Shown: piece by piece, positions 1 through 9,466 of the stretch
Position numbering within the stretch: the stretch's first letter is position 1
Layout of the letters: the number at the start of each line of letters is the position of its first letter
Origin: Acidimicrobiia bacterium
Lineage (GTDB): Bacteria > Actinomycetota > Acidimicrobiia > IMCC26256 > JAGNEX01
Reading direction: 5' to 3'
Assembly (NCBI GenBank): GCA_020637365.1
Contig: JACJWE010000001.1
Coordinates: 137,208-201,207, forward strand
DNA: 64,000 nucleotides
Notes under the pieces: generated by a model
Seen by the model: the letters and a program-made list of their open reading frames with translations, nothing else
Database searches by the model: none
Told to the model about the DNA's origin: nothing
Program-made: the position numbers and the translations under genes

Positions 1-17
1 TCGGTACGACGGTCGCG

Positions 18-620
18 GTGTTAGAAGCGACGTTGCGATGCTTTTCGGTGTCTGGCATCGCCAAAACAACCATCGACGATGTTGCGGCGGCGTCGGGCGT
101 GTCTCGCGCCACGATTTACCGCATGTTTCAAGGTGGCCGCGACGAACTCGTCCGCGATGCGGTCACCTTGGAGATCCAGCGCTTCTTCTTGCGGTTGACC
201 AGCGCTATCGACGACGCCGTCGACTTTGCATCCAGGATGGAATCGGCTGTCCATTTTGCTCACGAGAACATCCAGAACCATCGTCTGTACCAAACGATGC
301 TCGCCGAGGAACCCGGCGTCCTGCTGCCGTTGCTCACAACGCAGTCCGAGCAGGTACGCGACATGGTGGCGGGCTATCTGGCGCCGTACCTGAAGCTCGA
401 ACAGCAGGCTGGCAGGACGCTCAGCGGTGTGGACCTGCTAGCGGCCAGTCAATACGTCGCGCGGTTGACGATCTCGTACATCGTCAACCCGGGCAGGGAC
501 GACCTGATGAACCCGGACATTGTGCGTCGGGTCGTTCGCCGTCAGATGCTCGGCGGCATCCTTACAGCGGACGCTCTCAGCCGGCCGGGTGAACCCGGCG
601 TACCGCCTGAGTCGTCATAG
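18..620 (+). CDS. TetR/AcrR-family transcriptional regulator
   Basis: N-terminal HTH 'AKTTIDDVAAASGVSRATIYRMFQGGRDEL'. The frame stays open to the window edge, so the 5' end may be truncated. Confidence 0.85.
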   Translation: MLEATLRCFSVSGIAKTTIDDVAAASGVSRATIYRMFQGGRDELVRDAVTLEIQRFFLRLTSAIDDAVDFASRMESAVHFAHENIQNHRLYQTMLAEEPGVLLPLLTTQSEQVRDMVAGYLAPYLKLEQQAGRTLSGVDLLAASQYVARLTISYIVNPGRDDLMNPDIVRRVVRRQMLGGILTADALSRPGEPGVPPESS

Positions 621-826
621 CCCCGTACACGTGGTGACCGATCCAGGTCGAAGCTCACTGCGGGCAGGGCGACAACAATTTTCGAATGCTCGCTTGATGC
701 TGAGACAAAGAATGACTTAGTGTCTCATCATGTCTTGGCGAGCGCACCAAACGGAGCTGGACCCATCTCGTTCAGCGTTTGCGCGCCGCTTCCCAACATG
801 TGATGTCCCGACTTCCCTCCGCTCGG

Positions 827-871
827 CCCAGTCCGGTGCGACCCAGTCCGTTGCAACCCAGTCCGTTGCAA
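827..871. repeat. Three tandem 15-bp units (cccagtccggtgcga / cccagtccgttgcaa x2) that create two GTTGCAAC palindromes
   Basis: Read directly. It lies about 65 bp upstream of the ATG at 938. Confidence 0.9.
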
Positions 872-937
872 CGTTTAGCGCTACGGGTCGCCGATGTGGC
901 CGCGCAGTGCTCATCGATCAAGGCCGCCGGTAGCGGC

Positions 938-1546
938 ATGGCGCTGGTGCTCGACGCTTCGAACCCGATGGACGGCGACCCCAGTGCTCAGGAGCTCGCC
1001 GCCGTAGACGCAGCGCTCGTATGTATCGCTCGATATGGGCTAGCAAAGACGACCATCGCCGATGTGGCCAATCAAGCCAGAATCTCTCGGGCCACCTTGT
1101 ATCGGCGGTTTCCCGGACGCGAAAACCTGTTTCAGATGGTTCTGACCGTCGAGTATCAGCGCTTCGACGCCTATGTCCGTTCGGCGGTCAACCCAGCTGT
1201 CGATCTTGCCGATCTTCTCGCAAAGGGACTGCACGCTGGCGTCGGGTTTGTGGCGTCCCATCAAGCGCTCGGACGAGTCCTTGCACACGAACCCGATCTG
1301 ATCTTGCCCTTCCTGGCGCTCGATCAGGGCGACGTTGTACTCGAAGCGGGTGGGCAGCCCCTGCGTGGCCCTCTCCAGGCGTATTTGACCGCTGAGGATG
1401 CGGTCTGGGTCTCGACGTGGATCGCCCGAATCGGGTTGACCTACCTGCTCGGTACCGAAGACGCCAAACAACTCTCGACCGTCGAACAATGTCGGACGCT
1501 GATCGATGCGTTCGTCGCTCCGGCGCTCACAGATCTCCAGTCGTGA
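938..1546 (+). CDS. TetR/AcrR-family transcriptional regulator
   Basis: HTH 'AKTTIADVANQARISRATLYRRFPGRENLF'. The ATG at 938 is chosen over the ORF-track start at 779, whose N-terminus translates the tandem repeat. Confidence 0.85.
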   Translation: MALVLDASNPMDGDPSAQELAAVDAALVCIARYGLAKTTIADVANQARISRATLYRRFPGRENLFQMVLTVEYQRFDAYVRSAVNPAVDLADLLAKGLHAGVGFVASHQALGRVLAHEPDLILPFLALDQGDVVLEAGGQPLRGPLQAYLTAEDAVWVSTWIARIGLTYLLGTEDAKQLSTVEQCRTLIDAFVAPALTDLQS

Positions 1547-1588
1547 CTTGACTGGAACTAGCCAGAATCTTCGGAAGGAAGATGCATC

Positions 1589-2749
1589 ATGACCATATTG
1601 GAAACACCCCAGAACGCTGGATCCGATATCGAAATGTCGGTTTCGCAGGCAGAACTCGACGTCATCTTGGCGGCGAAGTCGGGTGACCCGAACGTCAAAG
1701 AACACCTCGTCGACGCTCAGATCGTGAACTATTTCAGTTGGGACTATGAGTCCAAACGCGACCCACTCCACCGCCTCTATGAGAAGGCCAAGCGGTCACA
1801 GTGGAACGCCACGACCGACATCGACTGGTCGATCGAAGTAGATCAAGAAAAGGTCGCCGCCGACAACGGCGCCACATCGGGCGCGGGCATCGTCGAGGCC
1901 TTTGCTCGCATCGCCGAAGACAAGAATTCGCCGATCGGTCACTGGGGTGTCGACGAGCTCATCGAGATGGGCGTCCACATGCAGAACTGGACCCTGTCGA
2001 ACTTCCTTCATGGTGAGCAGGGCGCATTGCTGTGCACGGCCCGGATCGTCGAAGTGGTGCCCGATATGGACGCCAAGTACTACGCGTCGACCCAGGTCAT
2101 GGACGAGGCGCGCCATGTCGAGGTCTTCTCCCGCTACCTCGACGAAAAGCTCGGCGGAAAGTTCCCGATCAACCCGCACCTCGAAGCATTGCTCGACGAC
2201 ATCCTGGTCGACTCCCGTTGGGATATGACCTACCTCGGCATGCAGATCATGGTTGAGGGTCTCGCGCTCGCGGCGTTCGGTTTCATCCACGCGATGACCA
2301 CCGAGCCGCTGCTCAAGCAGATCCTGCGCTATGTCATGAGTGATGAGGCCCGGCACGTCGCCTTCGGCGTCATGGCCCTCAAGGATGTCTATAGCGACCT
2401 CACACAGGCTGAACTGAGGGAACGCCAAGAGTTCGCCTATGAGGCAGCCTTGCGGATGCGGAATCGATTCCTGCAACAAGAGGTGTGGGAAGCGATGAAT
2501 GTCGACCCGAAAAAGATGGTCCCGCTGACCATCGACCTCCCCGAGCGCCGAATGTTCCAATCGGTGTTGTTCTCCAAGATCGTGCCCAACTGCAAGAAGC
2601 TCGGTCTGCTCGATGCGGGCGACGGGTGGCTGCGTCAAAAGTTCACCGAACTTGGTGTGATCCAGTTTGAAGACTGGGTGGACACGTCGGTCGAGTATGA
2701 GACCCTCGACGCGCTCGACGGCGGAAACCGCTCGCAACAACTCGCATAA
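1589..2749 (+). CDS. Ferritin-like diiron oxygenase (AurF-like family)
   Basis: Two E...DEARH-type motifs ('MDEARHVEVFSRYL', 'MSDEARHVAFGV'), typical of diiron carboxylate proteins. It starts 42 bp downstream of the TetR gene. Confidence 0.6.
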   Translation: MTILETPQNAGSDIEMSVSQAELDVILAAKSGDPNVKEHLVDAQIVNYFSWDYESKRDPLHRLYEKAKRSQWNATTDIDWSIEVDQEKVAADNGATSGAGIVEAFARIAEDKNSPIGHWGVDELIEMGVHMQNWTLSNFLHGEQGALLCTARIVEVVPDMDAKYYASTQVMDEARHVEVFSRYLDEKLGGKFPINPHLEALLDDILVDSRWDMTYLGMQIMVEGLALAAFGFIHAMTTEPLLKQILRYVMSDEARHVAFGVMALKDVYSDLTQAELRERQEFAYEAALRMRNRFLQQEVWEAMNVDPKKMVPLTIDLPERRMFQSVLFSKIVPNCKKLGLLDAGDGWLRQKFTELGVIQFEDWVDTSVEYETLDALDGGNRSQQLA

Positions 2750-2981
2750 GGCAACCCGGCGGGCAGCACGGCCTGGGCGCAGCAGCGCCCGGGTCCTGTC
2801 GCGACTCGCGACGGGTTCTGTGGGCGGCCGTGGCGGCCCCCGTACAGCTGTGTTTCGGGTTGCCGCTAACCTGCATGGGATGCGGAGCCCGGCGCTCCCG
2901 GTGATCAGGTCTCTTCATGATCGTCTTCGAGCGCCGATCGGGGTTCCGCGGACGATCGTGGAGTGGCGATGAGGAGCCCAG

Positions 2982-4706
2982 GTGAGCGCTGAGGTCGAGG
3001 CAACAACCCGCATGGACCAGTCGGGGACAGTGCCTGATTCGAACGTTCCCGACGATGTGCGCATCGTGTTCTTGGGCGGCCTCGGCGAGATCGGACGCAA
3101 CTGTGCGGTGGTCGAATCGGGGGGCCGCCTGTTGGTGATCGACTGTGGGCTGATGTTTCCCGACGCCGAGATGCCCGGCGTCGATCTGGTGTTGCCCGAC
3201 CTGAGCTATCTCATCGATCGTGCCCACAAAATCGATGGCATCGTGTTGACGCACGGACACGAAGACCATGTTGGTGCCCTCAGTTACCTCTTGCGCGATG
3301 TCGATCGGCCCATTCACCTCTACGGATCTCGGCTCTGCCTCAGCCTCTGTTCGGGTCGACTCGAGGAATCCGGCGTGTCCGATAGGGCGGTGCTCCACGA
3401 GATGGCCGATGGTGAGGTCGCCCAAGTTGGCGGGTACACCGTCGAGTTCATTCCCGTCACGCATTCGGTGCCCTTTGCCAATGCCCTGGCGATCGGCACC
3501 CCTCAGGGCACCATCATCCACTCGGGCGACTACAAACTCGATCCCGCTCCGGTCGACGATCGACGCACCGATCTCGGTCGCTTCGGCGAGCTGGGCCGCG
3601 AAGGAGTTCGCCTGATGCTCGGCGATTCCACCAACGCCGAAGTTCCGGGTTACACCGGCTCTGAGTCGAGTGTGGGTATCGCGTTGGCGGAGACGTTCGA
3701 CGAACTCACCGAATACCGCATCGTCGCTGCATCATTCGCGTCGCATCTTCACCGTGTCAAACAGGTCGTCGACGTCGCGGTTGCTCAGGGGCGCAAGGTT
3801 GCGTTCCTGGGTCGTTCGATGGTGCGCAACGTGGGGCTAGCCCGCGAACAGGGCATTCTTCCGCTGTCGGACGCCGACATCATCGCAATAGACGACGTCT
3901 ATGACTACCCGCCGAACCAAGTGTGCGTCATCTGCACAGGATCACAGGGTGAAGCCTTCGCCGCGTTGTCATTGCTGTCCTCTGCCGATCATCGGGCGCT
4001 CAAGTTGGGTGATGACGATGCGGTGATCATCTCAGCGACGCCGATCCCCGGTAATGAATCAAATGTGAACCGTGTGATCAACAACCTCACTCGACTCGGG
4101 GTCAGGGTCATCCACTCTGGCGGCGCTCCCGTTCACGTTTCGGGTCACGCCGCAGCGTCTGAGATCCGCGCGCTGCTCGAGATCGTCCAACCCGATGCGT
4201 ATGTCCCGGTGCATGGCGAGTATCGGCACATGGTCGCCAACGAAGCAATCGCTGCGGAAGTCGGCATTCCGACCCGGTATGTCTGCCTGGACGGTGACGC
4301 GTTGACGATCACCACCGACAGCGTTTCTGTCCAGCGGCGGGTCGCTCCGCACGGCTATGTCTATGTCGATGGAATCATCGATGACGTCGGGCCGGGTCTG
4401 CTTCACGACCGACGCAATCTGTCCGAAGAAGGCCTGGTCGTTGCGATCGTTACCATCGATGGTTCGACCGGAGACATTCTTGGACGGCCGCAGGTGGTGA
4501 CCCGGGGCTGGGTGCACGCCGAGGAGTCCGGGTGGATTATCGACGAGGCCGCCGATGTGGTTGCCGCCGCGCTCGAGTCGTTGAACTCGGGTCAACGACG
4601 CGATATCGAGTTGGTCAGGCGTCGGGTCCGTCGGGCGATCGGCGGATACGTCGATCAACGGACCAGACGGCGTCCTCCGATCGTCCCGGTCGTCATGGAG
4701 GTGTGA
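2982..4706 (+). CDS. rnj: Ribonuclease J
   Basis: Metallo-beta-lactamase/beta-CASP signature 'VRIVFLGGLGEIGRNC...LTHGHEDHVGAL', about 570 aa, GTG start. Confidence 0.9.
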   Translation: MSAEVEATTRMDQSGTVPDSNVPDDVRIVFLGGLGEIGRNCAVVESGGRLLVIDCGLMFPDAEMPGVDLVLPDLSYLIDRAHKIDGIVLTHGHEDHVGALSYLLRDVDRPIHLYGSRLCLSLCSGRLEESGVSDRAVLHEMADGEVAQVGGYTVEFIPVTHSVPFANALAIGTPQGTIIHSGDYKLDPAPVDDRRTDLGRFGELGREGVRLMLGDSTNAEVPGYTGSESSVGIALAETFDELTEYRIVAASFASHLHRVKQVVDVAVAQGRKVAFLGRSMVRNVGLAREQGILPLSDADIIAIDDVYDYPPNQVCVICTGSQGEAFAALSLLSSADHRALKLGDDDAVIISATPIPGNESNVNRVINNLTRLGVRVIHSGGAPVHVSGHAAASEIRALLEIVQPDAYVPVHGEYRHMVANEAIAAEVGIPTRYVCLDGDALTITTDSVSVQRRVAPHGYVYVDGIIDDVGPGLLHDRRNLSEEGLVVAIVTIDGSTGDILGRPQVVTRGWVHAEESGWIIDEAADVVAAALESLNSGQRRDIELVRRRVRRAIGGYVDQRTRRRPPIVPVVMEV

Positions 4707-4754
4707 CGCTTCGTAACAAGCGAAGAAGTTCGTAACCCTTCCCCCGAAACGGAT

Positions 4755-7106
4755 GTGAATGGTGTTACTGTTGTTGTGATGTCTCGCACCAAAACTCGCG
4801 CTCGGAGTGGTCAATCTCGACCGAAAGAACCGCAGCGAGCGACCCGCGCACCAAAACAAAAGCAGACCTCGGGCGGTCCGACGTTCCTCGCTGAACTCGG
4901 TTCGGTGGTCCGAGCTCGACTGAAGGCGTCGCGCGGCCTCGGAGCGATGATCACCGGTGGCGTACTCGGTGTGCTGATGTACATCTCGGCACTGGGCTTC
5001 CTGCGTTCGGCCACGTTGTGGTCGGTTCGGGTGTTTGTCGGTCAAGCGGCCTTGATCGTGCCCCTCGCGCTGGTTCTTCTGGGCGCCTTGCGGCGACTCA
5101 CACCCGACGAGGATGTTCTGCGCCTGCGTCGCGGCGTCATCATTTCTTCCTTATCGCTGTTGGCGTTGACCGATGTTGCGTTCCGGGTCATCGACGAAGG
5201 CTCTTCGAGCGGACTTTTCGATGGCGGCGGCACCATCGGCCTGCTGCTCAGCTTTCCCCTCCGGGCGTTTCTCCCCGATGCACTGACCTTCCTGCTGCTC
5301 GCGGTCGCTTCGATCGTCGGCATGTGGTTCATCGCTGGCGACAACCTGGTCGGCGTGACGACGTGGTTCCGTCGAGCCGGTGAGTGGGTCAAGAACTACC
5401 TCCTCGATGCCTTTCGACCGGGCTACGAACGTGACGGGGACGCAGATGAGCAGCCACCAGCTCGCGCTGAGCACGTCGAAGCCGAAGCGCCCGAACCTGC
5501 GCGAGTGGCGCCGCGTCAACCCGCCCCCGAACGTGCGCCGCTTCCCTCACTTCAAGAGCGTCTTGCAGGCAACGAGATCGACGTCACCCTTCCCGAGACC
5601 AATGCCCTTGACGACGTCGCGTTTTCGGAGCCCCGTCAGCAGGGTGAATGGATACTGCCTTCGCTCGGTCTGCTGCGGACCGGCAAGTCCAAGCCGATCG
5701 ACCGTCGCTTGGTCGAACAAAGCGGTCAGACCCTCGAATCGGCCCTTCACGAACACGGTGTCGATGCCCGCCTCGTCGGGATGACCGTCGGCCCAACCGT
5801 GACGCGCTACGAGTTAGAACTCGCACCCGGGGTCAAGGTCAACAGGGTGACCAGCCTGTCCAACGACATCGCGTACGCCATGGCGAGCCCAGATGTTCGG
5901 ATCCTCGCCCCGATTCCGGGGCGCAGTGCCATCGGTGTCGAGGTGCCAAATGCCCAGCGTCAGCTCGTGAGCCTGGGCGATATTTTGCGATCGACCGAGG
6001 CTTTAGAGGCGGAGCATCCCCTCGAAGTCGGCATGGGACGCGGCATCTCGGGCAAAGCCGTTATGACCAACATCGCGACGATGCCCCACGTTCTGATCGC
6101 CGGTCAGACGGGTGCCGGAAAGTCATCGTGCATCAACTCGCTCATCACATCACTGCTGATGCGGACCACCCCCGATGAGGTCCGTCTCATCTTGATCGAC
6201 CCCAAACGCGTCGAACTTGGCCAGTACAACGGTCTGCCGCATCTGCTGACCCAAGTAGTGGCCGATCCGAAGAAGGCCGCCAATGCTCTCGAATGGGCCG
6301 TTCGCGAGATGGAACGCCGATACGAAGTACTTGCTTCGGTCGGTCAGCGCGACATCACCGGCTACAACGATGCATTCGATCGGGGAGACTTCGACGATCG
6401 GCTCGACGGTGAATACCGCCGTTTCCCGTACATCGTGTTGGTCGTCGATGAGCTCAACGACCTGATGATGGTCGCCGCTCGGGATGTTGAAGCGTCAATC
6501 TGTCGGATCGCTCAGATGGCCCGTGCCGTCGGCATCCACCTCGTGATCGCGACGCAACGTCCGTCGGTCAACGTGATCACCGGTGTTATCAAGGCCAATG
6601 TCCCAAGCCGTATGGCGTTTTCGGTCTCATCGATCGCCGATTCCCGGGTCATCCTCGACCAGGCTGGAGCAGAAAAGCTCATTGGGCAGGGCGACATGTT
6701 GATGACGACGGCGTCGTCGTCGAGGGCGCAGCGTATCCAGGGCGCCTGGATCGACGAAGACGACATCCGCAAGGTGGTTGAACACTGGCAAAGCCAGATG
6801 GAGGCCGAACCTGAATATGTCGAGGCTGTCGTCGAAGGTGGTGCCGCCGCCGCAGACACCGCGGGTTTCGGCGATGGGCTCGACGAAGAAGACGACCTTC
6901 TCTCTCAGGCGATGGAACTGGTCGTCCGGTCACAGCTCGGTTCCACATCGATGCTGCAACGAAAGCTTCGGGTCGGTTTCGCTCGGGCAGGACGACTGAT
7001 GGACCTTCTGGAACAACGCGGCGTAGTCGGCCCATCCGAAGGTTCGAAGGCGCGCAACGTGCTGATGACCGTCGACGAACTCGAAGGACGCATGACCAGC
7101 GTGTGA
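4755..7106 (+). CDS. ftsK: DNA translocase FtsK/SpoIIIE
   Basis: N-terminal TM segments, a Pro/Ala linker, Walker A 'AGQTGAGKSS' and the C-terminal gamma domain 'STSMLQRKLRVGFARAGRLMDLLE'. An alternative start is at 4779. Confidence 0.95.
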   Translation: MNGVTVVVMSRTKTRARSGQSRPKEPQRATRAPKQKQTSGGPTFLAELGSVVRARLKASRGLGAMITGGVLGVLMYISALGFLRSATLWSVRVFVGQAALIVPLALVLLGALRRLTPDEDVLRLRRGVIISSLSLLALTDVAFRVIDEGSSSGLFDGGGTIGLLLSFPLRAFLPDALTFLLLAVASIVGMWFIAGDNLVGVTTWFRRAGEWVKNYLLDAFRPGYERDGDADEQPPARAEHVEAEAPEPARVAPRQPAPERAPLPSLQERLAGNEIDVTLPETNALDDVAFSEPRQQGEWILPSLGLLRTGKSKPIDRRLVEQSGQTLESALHEHGVDARLVGMTVGPTVTRYELELAPGVKVNRVTSLSNDIAYAMASPDVRILAPIPGRSAIGVEVPNAQRQLVSLGDILRSTEALEAEHPLEVGMGRGISGKAVMTNIATMPHVLIAGQTGAGKSSCINSLITSLLMRTTPDEVRLILIDPKRVELGQYNGLPHLLTQVVADPKKAANALEWAVREMERRYEVLASVGQRDITGYNDAFDRGDFDDRLDGEYRRFPYIVLVVDELNDLMMVAARDVEASICRIAQMARAVGIHLVIATQRPSVNVITGVIKANVPSRMAFSVSSIADSRVILDQAGAEKLIGQGDMLMTTASSSRAQRIQGAWIDEDDIRKVVEHWQSQMEAEPEYVEAVVEGGAAAADTAGFGDGLDEEDDLLSQAMELVVRSQLGSTSMLQRKLRVGFARAGRLMDLLEQRGVVGPSEGSKARNVLMTVDELEGRMTSV

Positions 7107-7163
7107 GTCGCCCCCGTGGCCGCCTACACGATCCCGATACTTTGCTCAGTAGGATCAAGGGCC

Positions 7164-8735
7164 ATGTCGGAATCTTCGCAACCACCTCGCGTCTATTTGG
7201 CGACCCTCGGTTGTCCGAAGAACGCGGTCGATTCAAGCAAGGTCGCCGGGTCGCTGAGCGACGACGGTTACGTGTCGACCGATGATCCTGCCCAGGCCGA
7301 CTTGGTGGTCGTCAATACGTGCGCATTCATCGAGGCGGCCCGTCAGGAGTCGATTGATACGGTGCTCGAACTGGCCGATCAGCGACGAGCAGGTGCGCAA
7401 CTCGTGGTCACCGGTTGCATGGCCGAACGCTATGGCGACGAGATCCGGGACGCCATTCCCGAAGTCGACGCAGTCGTCGGCTTCCTCGGCGAAGGCGATA
7501 TCGCAGCGGCGGTCGAGCGCGGTGCTGGTCTGGCCTCAGGATCGAGACCGTCGAGTCCGGGTCTCTCAGGCGTTGGTGTCCAGGGGACTGGTCTCGCGGG
7601 GGCCGGCGCCTCTACAGGATCTGACCCTGTTGCGGTGACGCTTCGGCCCAAACCGGTCGGCGTACGCGATCTACTCGAACTCAGGCGTCCGGCCGACGGC
7701 GCATCCTGGGCCTACGTCAAGGTGGCTGAAGGTTGTGACCGAGCGTGCGCGTTCTGTGCGATTCCATCCTTCCGCGGCAAGCAACGTTCGCGAACGATCG
7801 ACAGCATCGTGGCCGAGTGTCTCGAACTCGTCGCCGCTGGCACCAAAGAGATCGTGCTCGTGGCACAGGACCTCGCCTGGTTCGGCCGGGATCGGGACGA
7901 AGGTCAGAATCTCGCTCAGCTGCTCGGGCGTCTCGAAACGCTCATGCCGCTGGGGCTCGCACGCGTCCGGCTGCTCTATCTCTATCCGTCCGAAGTCCGA
8001 GGCGAACTCCTCGACGTGATGACAACGTCGCCGCTCGTCGTGCCCTACTTCGACTTGTCATTGCAGCATGCCTCTGCTCCGCTGCTGCGCCGGATGAAGC
8101 GGTGGGGTGACGGCGAACGGTTCGTCGATATGATCGCCGATCTCCGGCGACGGACCGACGGCCGTGCTGTGATTCGCTCTTCGTTCATCGTAGGTTTTCC
8201 TGGCGAGACCGAGGCCGATCACGATCAGCTCCTCGATTTCCTCGACGCCACATGCATCGAGTGGGCAGGACTGTTCGCCTATTCACGAGAAGACGGCACC
8301 GCGGCTGCCGATCTGGATGGGGCGATTCCCGACGAACTGGTCGCCGAGCGACTCCGTGAACTCAGTGAGCGCCAGGACGCCATCACCGCAGATGCCCGCC
8401 ATCGCCTGGTCGGGACGACCTCGACGCTGCTCCTCGATGAACTCGACCCAGGCTCTGGTATCGCCGTCGGTCGCACCTACCGAGAGGCGCCCGAGATCGA
8501 TGGCATCGTCAGCTTGGTTCTCGACGATGCCTCAGACCCTTTAACGTCGAGCGGCGATCCAGGCCGATTGGCACCGGGTGATCTGGTGCAGGTTCTGATC
8601 GATGGGGTCGAAGGGCCAGACCTCACCGCTCGCCTGTGCAAGGGCACGGCGATTTCGCCACCACCACCGAGTTCTCACCGTCATCGGTCGAGTACCGGTG
8701 TAGATCCCGCCGGTCTGAACGCGGGCGGGGGTTAG
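7164..8735 (+). CDS. rimO: Ribosomal protein S12 methylthiotransferase RimO
   Basis: 'VYLATLGCPKNAVDS', radical-SAM 'CDRACAFCAIP' and a C-terminal TRAM-like region. The ATG at 7164 is preferred. Confidence 0.9.
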   Translation: MSESSQPPRVYLATLGCPKNAVDSSKVAGSLSDDGYVSTDDPAQADLVVVNTCAFIEAARQESIDTVLELADQRRAGAQLVVTGCMAERYGDEIRDAIPEVDAVVGFLGEGDIAAAVERGAGLASGSRPSSPGLSGVGVQGTGLAGAGASTGSDPVAVTLRPKPVGVRDLLELRRPADGASWAYVKVAEGCDRACAFCAIPSFRGKQRSRTIDSIVAECLELVAAGTKEIVLVAQDLAWFGRDRDEGQNLAQLLGRLETLMPLGLARVRLLYLYPSEVRGELLDVMTTSPLVVPYFDLSLQHASAPLLRRMKRWGDGERFVDMIADLRRRTDGRAVIRSSFIVGFPGETEADHDQLLDFLDATCIEWAGLFAYSREDGTAAADLDGAIPDELVAERLRELSERQDAITADARHRLVGTTSTLLLDELDPGSGIAVGRTYREAPEIDGIVSLVLDDASDPLTSSGDPGRLAPGDLVQVLIDGVEGPDLTARLCKGTAISPPPPSSHRHRSSTGVDPAGLNAGGG

Positions 8736-8742
8736 CGCCACG

Positions 8743-9306
8743 ATGGCACAGACGATGCGCTACGACGATGATGCGTTGTTGACGCCGGCCAACCTGATTT
8801 CGTTGGGTCGCATGGTGCTGGCCGGACCGTTCGTGCTCGCCATGCTCGAATGGAAAGCCAGCTGGCTCAACCTAGGCCTTTGGGTGATTCTCAGCGTTTC
8901 TGACGGGGTCGACGGTTGGCTCGCTCGACGGCAGGGACCAACCAAGAGCGGCGCGTTTTTGGATCAACTCGCTGACAAGGTTCTGACCGTTTCGGCATTT
9001 TGGGCACTGGTTTCGATCGGTACGTTCTCGATGCTGCCTGTGTTGCTGATCACGATCCGTGAGGTGGGGATTGCCCTGTACCGCACAGCAGTGGGTACGA
9101 CAAAGGGCGTGAGTCTGCCCGCACAGTGGCCTGGGAAGATGAAAACAGCGTTACAAACCGTCGTCATTGGCTGGGCTTTGGCCCCACCATTGGCTGATCA
9201 GACCGGTGCGCTGAACGTGCTGTTGTGGGCGGCGGTCATCCTCACCTGGTACTCGGGTGCCCTTATTATTGGGACCCGGTGGAGCTCGTTGCATCCGTCG
9301 TCGTAG
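8743..9306 (+). CDS. pgsA: CDP-diacylglycerol--glycerol-3-phosphate 3-phosphatidyltransferase
   Basis: CDP-alcohol phosphatidyltransferase motif 'DGVDGWLARRQGPTKSGAFLDQLADK', multi-TM, in the conserved position after rimO. Confidence 0.85.
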   Translation: MAQTMRYDDDALLTPANLISLGRMVLAGPFVLAMLEWKASWLNLGLWVILSVSDGVDGWLARRQGPTKSGAFLDQLADKVLTVSAFWALVSIGTFSMLPVLLITIREVGIALYRTAVGTTKGVSLPAQWPGKMKTALQTVVIGWALAPPLADQTGALNVLLWAAVILTWYSGALIIGTRWSSLHPSS

Positions 9307-9466
9307 TCAACGGGTCCAGCTCGTGTGCATTGTGAGTTGGGTGATTGCCCGTGCAGCGGGCGTCGTTCGTGGGCATGCACGCGAAGCCCCCCTGTGCATC
9401 TGGTAGCGAGCGGGACGCCCCGGCGGCTCTGATCGGGACGCCCCCGATCCAGAAAGGACTTGGTCC

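Noticed and set aside
827-871. CRISPR-like array, considering this repeat and the repeats at 46010-46041, 44146-44172 and 60899-60934
   Set aside because: The units are 6-15 bp with no or tiny spacers and at most 6 copies. No cas genes are present. These are simple tandem or direct repeats.
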